A stretch of 42,663 bases of DNA from Candidatus Zambryskibacteria bacterium RIFCSPLOWO2_12_FULL_39_16 (GTDB taxonomy: Bacteria > Patescibacteriota > Minisyncoccia > Phycocordibacterales > WO2-35-19): contig MHWS01000005.1 in NCBI GenBank assembly GCA_001824215.1, forward strand, positions 1,219 to 43,881, in the 5' to 3' direction. Under the pieces are notes generated by a model. The model ran no database searches, was not told where the DNA came from, and worked only from the letters and a program-made list of their open reading frames with translations. Made by a program: the position numbers and the translations under genes. Shown here in pieces: positions 1 to 7,751 of this stretch (position 1 is the first letter of the stretch; each line of letters opens with the position of its first letter).

Positions 1-157
1 TTTATCAAAGCCTGCCCGCAACAACTTGCGAGTCGGACAGGTTGCAAAAACATTAAAACGGAATAACATTTACATATGCTCGCAAAATACAAAAAAAGAA
101 TGAAAAACGGATGATGATATGTTATGATGTGACTTATTATCAATTAATAATATAAAT

Positions 158-610
158 ATGAACAAGAAAATTACAATTATTTTAATTATTGTTGTTGTGA
201 TACTAGGAGCTTTATTCCTATTCAAAAATAATAGTGTAGCTCCAACAGTGCAAAATGTAGAAGAGACTCCAAGTACAGACAATACAGCACCTGTAACGTC
301 TCCTACTGCGACTATAATAATCGATGCCACAACAAAGAGCACTGTGGTCGTGACTTACACCGACAGCGGATTTTCACCACAAAACATCACAATCAAAAAA
401 GGTGACACGGTTACTTTTGTAAATAAAAGTTCCATAGGTATGTGGGTCGCTTCTGGTCCTCACCCTACTCACACCAATTATCCGGCTTTTGACGAAAAAG
501 CTACAGTTAGCAATGGCGGTAGCTGGAGTTTTACATTTGACCTCGTCGGCAGCTGGGGTTATCACAACCACAAAAACTCTGCCGCTTTTGGTAAGGTGAT
601 TATAGAATAG
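158..610 (+). CDS. Membrane-anchored cupredoxin (plastocyanin/azurin-like) domain protein
   Basis: N-terminal TM helix, Thr/Pro-rich linker, then GFSPQNITIKKGDTVTFVN ... SWSFTF..GSWGYHNH cupredoxin fold pattern. Confidence 0.8.
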   Translation: MNKKITIILIIVVVILGALFLFKNNSVAPTVQNVEETPSTDNTAPVTSPTATIIIDATTKSTVVVTYTDSGFSPQNITIKKGDTVTFVNKSSIGMWVASGPHPTHTNYPAFDEKATVSNGGSWSFTFDLVGSWGYHNHKNSAAFGKVIIE

Positions 611-616
611 CAAAAT

Positions 617-877
617 ATGCAAAATAGGGCTTTTATTTTAATCTTTATCGCTGTGGTCTTTATCCTCGGGGGTCTTCTTTATATTTACAATCCAAACCCA
701 ACAGAATACGAAAATCCAAAAGAAAAAGAACCTGCGGTTTGCACAATGGAAGCCAAGCTTTGCTCTGATGGCTCTTATGTCGGCCGCACTGGACCAAATT
801 GTGAATTTACAGCTTGCCCGATACCGCCGGACGCAATATTTGAAGACGGAACGGTAAATGCCAACGGTTCGCAATAG
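617..877 (+). CDS. Small membrane-anchored Cys-rich protein
   Basis: TM helix followed by CTMEAKLCSDGSYVGRTGPNCEFTACP, a 4-Cys motif I recognise from CPR surface proteins. Confidence 0.75.
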   Translation: MQNRAFILIFIAVVFILGGLLYIYNPNPTEYENPKEKEPAVCTMEAKLCSDGSYVGRTGPNCEFTACPIPPDAIFEDGTVNANGSQ

Positions 878-879
878 TA

Positions 880-3087
880 ATGATAATCAAAACAGATACC
901 CTGCTTGAATCAATTCAAAGACTCTCGCCTTTTCAAAAGAAAGCGCTATCTAAAATGCGGCTCAAAAAAGTCCTAGATATTTTGAGATATTTTCCGTCCA
1001 GATATGGGGAATCCGGTTTGGTCAAATCCATAGAATTTTTGATGTCTGGGGAAAATGCGGTGTTATTTGGCAAGATTTCAAAATTAAAAACTGCTAAAAC
1101 TTGGAAGTCCAGAGTAGCTATATCAACAGCCGAAGTAGAAGACTCCACCGGGAGAATAAAACTCGTTTGGTTCAACCAGCCATATATAGCTAAAATGTTT
1201 TCCGAAGGAAATCTAGTGAGGATTGAAGGTCGAGTGAGCCAAAGGCGAACGAAGATTCCGAGCGACAGCGAGGAACAGCTTTATATCTCCAACCCGAAAA
1301 TTGAAAAAGTTTCTTATATACCCGAAGGTACGAGTGATTCTTTGTTTCCCGGAGAAGAAAATCATAACCTTTCCCCTGTTTATCCGGAGAGCCGAAGTAT
1401 CTCTTCAAATTGGATTTACCATTGTCTGCAAAAAATATTCTCCGCCCAAGGCGGATCCGCCTCTGGCGGAAAAAACTTCTTGGATACTCTGGAAGATCCG
1501 ATTCCACAAGAAATTTTAAAAAAATACAGTCTGCCTTCCCTTAAAACAGCTGTAGTTTGGATACATGCTCCAAGAAAAAAAGAGGACGCCGAAATCGCCA
1601 GAAAAAGATTTGCCTTTGAAGAGATTTTTTTCATCCAGCTTGATAGACAGAGAGAAAAATATATAGCCCAAAAAGAAAAATCTTTTTCTATCACAAAGAA
1701 AAATGAAGAAATGCGAGATTTTATAAAAACTTTCCCTTTCCCATTGACTCTGGCTCAAGAAAAATCCATAGGAGCGATACTTAGCGATTTTAAGACTGGC
1801 CACCCGATGTCTCGACTTCTTGAGGGAGATGTTGGCTCTGGTAAGACTGCGGTAGCGGCAACGGTAAGTTTCGCTGCAGTCACCACTGCCCCGCCCAACA
1901 GGAAGTTCGGTAATTTACAGGTGGCATACATGGCGCCAACAGAGATTTTGGCCGAGCAGCATTTTGAATCTTTCATAGAATATTTTTCTAAATATAAAAT
2001 ACCAGTAGGGCTAATAACCGGCAGCGGAGCTAAAAAATTCCCATCAAAAACTTCAAAAGATCGTTGGACAAAAATATCCAAACCCCAGCTTTTAAAATGG
2101 GTGGAAAACGGCGAGATACCGATCCTCATCGGCACTCACGCCCTTATCCAAAAAACTGTCAGATTCAAAAATTTGGCTCTCATAGTCATAGATGAACAAC
2201 ACAGATTTGGAGTAAAACAGAGAATGCAACTTCGCAGGAAACATGATATCGCCCCCCATCTTTTATCTATGACTGCCACCCCTATCCCCCGTACTCTGGC
2301 CCTGACAATATTCGGGGATTTGGACCTTTCTTTGCTTGACGAATTGCCGGCAGGCCGTCAGGTACCAGAGACAAAAATAGTTCTGCCACACCAAAGAGAA
2401 GAAACCTATGAAAAAGTGAGAGTAGAACTCCAAAAAGGCAGACAAGTTTTTGTAATATGTCCAAGGATAAATGATCCTGACCCAGATAAAGAAAATGTTA
2501 TAAACGCCAAATCGGTGAAATCAGAAGTTCTAAGGCTTCAGAAAAAAATCTTCCCCGAATTTAAAGTGGATGCAATTACAGGAAAAATGAAACCTCTGGA
2601 AAAAGAAAAGGTAATGAAAGAATTTAAAGATGGAAGAATAAATATTCTTGTAGCTACCTCCGTGGTTGAAGTGGGAGTTAATGTGCCGAATGCTACCGTT
2701 ATTATTATTGAAAATGCCGAGAGGTTCGGTTTAGCCCAGCTTCATCAGCTGAGAGGCAGGATTTTGCGAAGCTCTCACAAGCCATATTGTTTTGTTTTTG
2801 CCGATAGCAAATCTCAAAAAACAATTTCCAGATTAAAATCTTTTACCACCGCCAAAAATGGATTTGAGCTGGCTGAGGCTGATCTAGAGCAGAGGGGCAC
2901 TGGAGACTTAGCAGGAGCTAAGCAATGGGGCATCTCCGACCTCGCTATGGATGCTCTCAAAAATATAAAAATGGTGGAGGCTGCTCGAGAAGAAGCCCGC
3001 TTACTCATTGAACAAGATTTTGATTTAAAAAAATATCCCCTTCTCTCTAAACATTTAAGCCAAAAAACAGCCACTCATATGGAATGA
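880..3087 (+). CDS. recG: ATP-dependent DNA helicase RecG
   Basis: Wedge domain, RLLEGDVGSGKT, MAPTEILAEQH, IDEQHRFGV, MTATPIPRTL, QLHQLRGR. Confidence 0.97.
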   Translation: MIIKTDTLLESIQRLSPFQKKALSKMRLKKVLDILRYFPSRYGESGLVKSIEFLMSGENAVLFGKISKLKTAKTWKSRVAISTAEVEDSTGRIKLVWFNQPYIAKMFSEGNLVRIEGRVSQRRTKIPSDSEEQLYISNPKIEKVSYIPEGTSDSLFPGEENHNLSPVYPESRSISSNWIYHCLQKIFSAQGGSASGGKNFLDTLEDPIPQEILKKYSLPSLKTAVVWIHAPRKKEDAEIARKRFAFEEIFFIQLDRQREKYIAQKEKSFSITKKNEEMRDFIKTFPFPLTLAQEKSIGAILSDFKTGHPMSRLLEGDVGSGKTAVAATVSFAAVTTAPPNRKFGNLQVAYMAPTEILAEQHFESFIEYFSKYKIPVGLITGSGAKKFPSKTSKDRWTKISKPQLLKWVENGEIPILIGTHALIQKTVRFKNLALIVIDEQHRFGVKQRMQLRRKHDIAPHLLSMTATPIPRTLALTIFGDLDLSLLDELPAGRQVPETKIVLPHQREETYEKVRVELQKGRQVFVICPRINDPDPDKENVINAKSVKSEVLRLQKKIFPEFKVDAITGKMKPLEKEKVMKEFKDGRINILVATSVVEVGVNVPNATVIIIENAERFGLAQLHQLRGRILRSSHKPYCFVFADSKSQKTISRLKSFTTAKNGFELAEADLEQRGTGDLAGAKQWGISDLAMDALKNIKMVEAAREEARLLIEQDFDLKKYPLLSKHLSQKTATHME
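1441..1470. repeat. In-frame 30-bp double palindrome in recG
   Basis: TCCGCC-CAA-GGCGGA TCCGCC-TCT-GGCGGA, encodes SAQGGSASGG. Confidence 0.85.
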
Positions 3088-3127
3088 AATTGAAGTTTGT
3101 TAAGATTTGTATTATCCTAGAATCATT

Positions 3128-3201
3128 GCGCGCGTAGCTCAGTTGGTAGTAGCACCGAGCTTATACCTCGGGGGTCGTAGGTTCGAGCCCTACCGCGCGC
3201 A
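3128..3201 (+). tRNA. tRNA-Ile(UAU), CCA not encoded
   Basis: Acceptor GCGCGCG/CGCGCGC-A; D arm GCT..AGC; anticodon arm CCGAG-CT-TAT-AC-CTCGG (TAT at 3162-3164); T arm GTAGG-TTCGAGC-CCTAC. Confidence 0.93.
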
Positions 3202-3228
3202 CAAAAAAGTGAGTTTAAAACTTTAAAA

Positions 3229-3681
3229 TTAGTTACAAGTATCGTCGCCGTTTGGTTGGGTATTATCTTGGGCTCTTGAAGTTCCACTGGAATCAACGCA
3301 CCAATTATCATCGGCACCTGACACGCTCAAAAGATTTGCGGATACGGCGTAACCCGTTCCAGTAGATACGCATTTTACAGTAACTCCTGATGACATATTA
3401 TTTGTATAAGTTGCAACTATGTTATCGTCAAAAGCATTATTACAGGAATTTGTAGCCGTACCATAACTACCGTTATTATCATAATAAAGCTCCATCGCAG
3501 CTCTAAGGCCGGAAAGTTGGGCTTTGGTTTTTGCATCATTACCTTTATTTCTAGCACTATTAAGAGAGGCAAGTACTATTGAAGAGAGTACCCCTATAAT
3601 CGCAATGACCACCAATAATTCTATTAGAGTAAAGCCTGATTTAGTCAAAACTCTTACATAAAGATTAGTATCTTTACTCAT
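3229..3681 (-). CDS. Type IV pilin (prepilin N-terminal cleavage/methylation domain)
   Basis: KSG/FTLIELLVVIAIIGVLSSIVL motif; C-terminal WCVDS..C cysteines. Confidence 0.92.
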   Translation of the reverse strand: MSKDTNLYVRVLTKSGFTLIELLVVIAIIGVLSSIVLASLNSARNKGNDAKTKAQLSGLRAAMELYYDNNGSYGTATNSCNNAFDDNIVATYTNNMSSGVTVKCVSTGTGYAVSANLLSVSGADDNWCVDSSGTSRAQDNTQPNGDDTCN

Positions 3682-3736
3682 AGTCTAAGTATAAAACTAT
3701 AAGCACATCAATCAACTTACACCTGTTGATAAACAA

Positions 3737-5659
3737 TTATGACAAATTTTCTTTTCTTTTGGGTTGGATACCGTTTGCCACAAGTATAGATTCAAATTCA
3801 TCACGTTCAATAGTCTCTTTATCAATAAGTCTCTTAGCTATTATATCAAGAAGGGGCCTGTGTTCTTTAATGATTATTTCCGCTTTGTCCAAAGCATCTT
3901 TCATAATTTTGGAAACTTCCTTGTCTATCAAGGCCCCCACTTGTTCAGAGTATTCTTTCTCATTTATTCCTCTACCAAAAAGAGTCTTGCCTCCAACACC
4001 TTCAAGAGCCACCGGCCCCAGATTTTCAGACATGCCATATTTGGTCACCATATCCCGAGCCAAAGCGGTAGAAACTTGTAGATCGTTTGACGGACCAGTG
4101 GTAATATCACCATAAATATTTTTTTCCACTACGTAACCAGCTAGAGCAACGGTAATATCGTCCAAAAATTCTTTTTTGGACTGGAGTTTCTTCTCCTCAA
4201 TAGGAAGTTTAAACACATAACCGAGAGCTCGCCCACGAGAAATTATGGAAATCTTATGGACAGGGTCAGCATATGGGAGCACAGAAGCTGCAACAGCGTG
4301 GCCAGCCTCATGATAAGCAGTCATTTCTTTTTCTTTTCTAGATAAGATGTGGCTTTTACGCTCCGGACCCATCATCACTTTTTCTATGGAGCGAATCAAG
4401 TCAAATTGAGAAACTTTTTTTCTGTTTTCTCTAGCCGCTAAAATAGCTGCTTCGTTCATAAGTGAATACAAATCGGCTCCGGAAAATCCGGGAGTACGTT
4501 CAGCGATAACAATCAAATTAACATCTTCAGCAAAAGGCTTCTCTTTTGAATGTATTTTCAAAATTTCTTCCCTATCATTACGGTCAGGTAAATCAATAGT
4601 CACTCGGCGATCAAATCTGCCAGGACGAAGAAGGGCTGGGTCTAAGACATCGGGTCTGTTTGTAGCGGCTATTATTATCACTTTTTCGGTTGGTTCAAAA
4701 CCATCCATTTCAACCAAAATCTGATTTAAAGTTTGTTCTCTTTCATCATTGCCACCGCCCAAACCGCCACCTCTTACTCTGCCTACTGCATCAATTTCAT
4801 CCATAAAAATAATCGCCGGAGCGGTTTTCTTTGCCATTTGGAAAAGATCTCTGACTCTGGAAGCACCGACACCGACAAACATCTCAACGAATTCAGATCC
4901 AGAAATAGAGAAAAAGGCGACCCCAGCTTCCCCTGCCACCGCTCTGGCTAAAAGCGTTTTGCCGGTACCGGGAGCACCCATTAAAAGTATCCCCTTGGGA
5001 ATCCTGGCTCCAATTTCAAAAAACTTTTTTGGATTTTTAAGAAAATCTACTATTTCAGAAAGTTCTTCTTTAGCTTCTTTACATCCAGCCACGTCTTTAA
5101 AAGTTACCCTCTGTTTGGTATCGTCCGGCTCCGTCAGTCTCGCTCGCGATTGGCCAAAGGAGAAAGCCTGCATACCCGCCCCTTTTATCTGGCGGCTCAT
5201 AATCCAAATGAAAACTGCTATGAAAAGAACTGGAAATAATATAGGAGAAAGATTAATCAGCCAATAAAGAAACCCTGTCTCTTGATTGACACTTACTTTT
5301 ACTTTATCGAGTTGGTCAGCAGTGACACCATAGGCAGCTAAAGTATCGGTAAAACTTGCACTATCCTCCTTCTTTGAAGTCTTGATTATACCGTCTTGGA
5401 AAGTGGCATCTATTGAACTATTGGTAACTCTTATTTCCTTTATTTGACCAGCTTTCACTGACAGGGCCAAATCAGAAATGCTTATTTCTTCTTTACTTTT
5501 GTTACTGGAGATTAGAGAATAAATTGAAACTACAAAAAACAAAACCAGAACACCTATCACAAAATTGCCAAAAAAAGAATTCTTCATCCCCCTGCCTGGA
5601 ATTTTATCTAAAAAGACTTTTTTTGGACTATCTTTTTTGTTTTGTTTTGGTTTTGGCAT
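3737..5659 (-). CDS. ftsH: ATP-dependent zinc metalloprotease FtsH
   Basis: Two TM helices, GAPGTGKT Walker A, DEIDAVGR, second region of homology, HEAGH zinc motif. Confidence 0.98.
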   Translation of the reverse strand: MPKPKQNKKDSPKKVFLDKIPGRGMKNSFFGNFVIGVLVLFFVVSIYSLISSNKSKEEISISDLALSVKAGQIKEIRVTNSSIDATFQDGIIKTSKKEDSASFTDTLAAYGVTADQLDKVKVSVNQETGFLYWLINLSPILFPVLFIAVFIWIMSRQIKGAGMQAFSFGQSRARLTEPDDTKQRVTFKDVAGCKEAKEELSEIVDFLKNPKKFFEIGARIPKGILLMGAPGTGKTLLARAVAGEAGVAFFSISGSEFVEMFVGVGASRVRDLFQMAKKTAPAIIFMDEIDAVGRVRGGGLGGGNDEREQTLNQILVEMDGFEPTEKVIIIAATNRPDVLDPALLRPGRFDRRVTIDLPDRNDREEILKIHSKEKPFAEDVNLIVIAERTPGFSGADLYSLMNEAAILAARENRKKVSQFDLIRSIEKVMMGPERKSHILSRKEKEMTAYHEAGHAVAASVLPYADPVHKISIISRGRALGYVFKLPIEEKKLQSKKEFLDDITVALAGYVVEKNIYGDITTGPSNDLQVSTALARDMVTKYGMSENLGPVALEGVGGKTLFGRGINEKEYSEQVGALIDKEVSKIMKDALDKAEIIIKEHRPLLDIIAKRLIDKETIERDEFESILVANGIQPKRKENLS

Positions 5660-5670
5660 ATTAATCTGAT

Positions 5671-5758
5671 TTGCCGAGTTAAAACAAAATTCAAAAGTTG
5701 GTTCTACCCCGCAAGAGGCGACCCGAGGACTTTTGCAATTTTGATTTTAATGAGGCAA
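5671..5758. repeat. Long imperfect inverted repeat with tandem GA mismatch, between divergent ftsH and smpB
   Basis: TTGCC-GA-GTTAAAA-CAAAATT-CAAAAGT ... ACTTTTG-C-AATTTTG-A-TTTTAAT-GA-GGCAA. Confidence 0.75.
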
Positions 5759-5788
5759 TGATAACATAAAAATGATAAAATTACGAGT

Positions 5789-6232
5789 ATGTCGCTAATT
5801 CAGAATAAAAAAGCATATTTTAACTATGAAATCCTTGATAAAATCGAGGCTGGTATTGAATTACTAGGTTTTGAAGTAAAGTCCTTAAAAAAAGGACAGG
5901 GTTCTTTGGAAGGCTCTCACGTCATAGTACGGGGAAACGAAGCATTTGTCGTCAATATGCAGATTCCTCCATATCAGCCGGCAAATACCCCAAAAGATTA
6001 CGATACTACACGAAATCGTCGCCTACTTTTAACCAAAAAGGAAATAGAGAGCTTATCAAAATCAGAAAACCAAAAAGGATTGACAATAATACCTATTTCG
6101 GTGTATAATAAAGGTAGAAAACTTAAATTAGAAGTCGCTATCGTTCGCGGCAAGAAAAAATATGATAAACGCGAAAGTATCAAAAAGCGTGATGTGGAGC
6201 GCGATATCCGAAGAACTTTGAAAAATGAATAG
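5789..6232 (+). CDS. smpB: SsrA-binding protein SmpB
   Basis: NKKAYFNY, EAGIELLGFEVKS, GKKKYDKRE; adjacent to tmRNA. Confidence 0.98.
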   Translation: MSLIQNKKAYFNYEILDKIEAGIELLGFEVKSLKKGQGSLEGSHVIVRGNEAFVVNMQIPPYQPANTPKDYDTTRNRRLLLTKKEIESLSKSENQKGLTIIPISVYNKGRKLKLEVAIVRGKKKYDKRESIKKRDVERDIRRTLKNE

Positions 6233-6286
6233 TTGTCTGCCAAAAATTCCCCCATTGAATAGAATATGAAAAACACCATTCAGTGG

Positions 6287-6691
6287 GGGGATGATCGGCC
6301 TAGACAATAAGATATATTTGCAAAATGCAAGAGAGAGCCGTAGTGACTCTTAAATCCGCTATAAAAGATAACTGTAAACAAAGTTGTCGCAAAAGCTCAG
6401 TCCGTTGTATCTCCATATTTTGGAGCCAATGACTTCGCTTTCGCTTACGTTAGAACTTAAAAGCTAACCTGAGCGACGTCAAATTCTCTAACGTCTCATA
6501 GGAGAAATTTGGTGTAATAAACTGAGACTCTGAGAAACAGCCGCTTCGCTGTTTCTCGAAATGTAGAAGCTCGATGTTTTAAGATTTTGTTTGTTCCTCA
6601 CTTAAAACATTTAAACAATCAAAACAAACTACCTCTTGTAGAAATTTTTCAAATCTCTTGTTGCATGCGAGTTCGATTCTCGCCATCTCCA
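6287..6691 (+). ncRNA. ssrA: tmRNA
   Basis: 5' GGGGATG pairs with 3' CATCTCC-A including G3.U70; T arm GCGAG-TTCGATT-CTCGC; ATAACT resume context with tag ORF 6374-6460; directly downstream of smpB. Confidence 0.93.
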
Positions 6692-6696
6692 CAAAT

Positions 6697-7644
6697 TTAA
6701 TTTACCAAACACGTCCTGCCATCGCGGTTGAGGGAGACTTTGTGTTCAATTATTTTGATATTTCCATTTTTAATATACATTTCCAAAACTAATCCAGTAG
6801 AAACATCACTATTCCAATACTGGTCAAATATGAAGTTGCCGAGAGAATAATAAACTGTTGCTTGCGGTGAGCCTGTCGAATCCGTCCCCTCTTGTCCTGA
6901 GTTTGTCGAAGGAATTTTTTCGGAAGGTAAAACGATGTGGGGATGAGAACCTACAATGAAAGATGCGCCGCTTTTTGCAAAAAGAGCGGCTGTATTTTTG
7001 ATGCGGGCCGGAACATCCGAATATTCATCTCCCCAATGAGCATAAACGAAAACAGTCTGCCCATTTTTCTTTTCATCGGATATTTTTTGAACTACTTTTT
7101 TAGAAGAGTCTCCTCCAAATTCGTTATAAGAAATAAAAGAAACGTTTGTCCCGCCCATGTTAGTGCGATAAATTGGTTCACCCACCTCGTCGTCGGGCAG
7201 ATCTCCACTTAACCCTCCGAAATAATTAACGTCGGCTTCACTTAGATATTTTATTGTTGAGGCAATTCCCTCTTGTCCGAAATTACCTATATGATTATTG
7301 CCCAGATTAACTAATCTTATATTGTTGTCTGCCAAAAGTTTTGCGGTATTGGTCGGAAATGTGAAAGTGTAATTACCGTCTCCACCTGGTTTAGTAAGCA
7401 TACTAATTGAAGCATTTTCTGTAATCGGTCCCTCCAAATTTCCAACTACCAAATCTGAGTCTTTCAAAAAATTATTAATGCATGAAAAAACAAAATCGCC
7501 GCCTTTGACATAACTTACCTCTCTTATATAGCGGTCAAAAAACATATCTCCGACAAATAAAATTTTAGCTCCTCTATTTTCATATAAAAAGAAAGCTCCA
7601 AATAAAATTACTGCGACAAAAATAAGTATATGGGTTTTCTTCAT
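6697..7644 (-). CDS. CapA family (poly-gamma-glutamate synthesis-like) metallophosphatase
   Basis: FVGDMFFDR, GNLEGP, LGNNH, HWGDEY, GSHPH, YSLGNFIFDQ; ATG at 7644 lies 7 nt after TATAAT. Confidence 0.88.
   Translation of the reverse strand: MKKTHILIFVAVILFGAFFLYENRGAKILFVGDMFFDRYIREVSYVKGGDFVFSCINNFLKDSDLVVGNLEGPITENASISMLTKPGGDGNYTFTFPTNTAKLLADNNIRLVNLGNNHIGNFGQEGIASTIKYLSEADVNYFGGLSGDLPDDEVGEPIYRTNMGGTNVSFISYNEFGGDSSKKVVQKISDEKKNGQTVFVYAHWGDEYSDVPARIKNTAALFAKSGASFIVGSHPHIVLPSEKIPSTNSGQEGTDSTGSPQATVYYSLGNFIFDQYWNSDVSTGLVLEMYIKNGNIKIIEHKVSLNRDGRTCLVN
6860..6912 (-). repeat. Two in-frame copies of TTCGAC-n-CTCA palindromic element in capA
   Basis: CCTTCGACAAACTCAGGACAAG (PSTNSGQ) and GATTCGACAGGCTCACCGCAAGC (DSTGSPQA). 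Confidence 0.8.
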
Positions 7645-7695
7645 CAAGATAATTATAATACAAAATCTGATATTTAAGTTTTTAGTAAAAAGTTA

Positions 7696-7728
7696 AGACC
7701 CGCCATGTCCTCTAGGACTGGCGGGTCT
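7696..7728 (-). terminator. Probable intrinsic terminator after the C25-like lipoprotein gene
   Basis: AGACCCGCCA-TGTCCT-CT-AGGAC-TGGCGGGTCT hairpin; TAACTTTTT follows on the minus strand. Confidence 0.65.
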
Positions 7729-7751
7729 GAGTGAAAGAGCTATTGGAACAA

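Noticed and set aside
2345..2362. LPAGRQ peptide in RecG as a possible palindromic insert
   Set aside because: It corresponds to the conserved RecG ELPxGR motif, and the DNA is not an extended palindrome.
3123..3317. 64-aa minus-strand ORF over the tRNA
   Set aside because: Antisense to a well-formed tRNA and overlapping the pilin gene.
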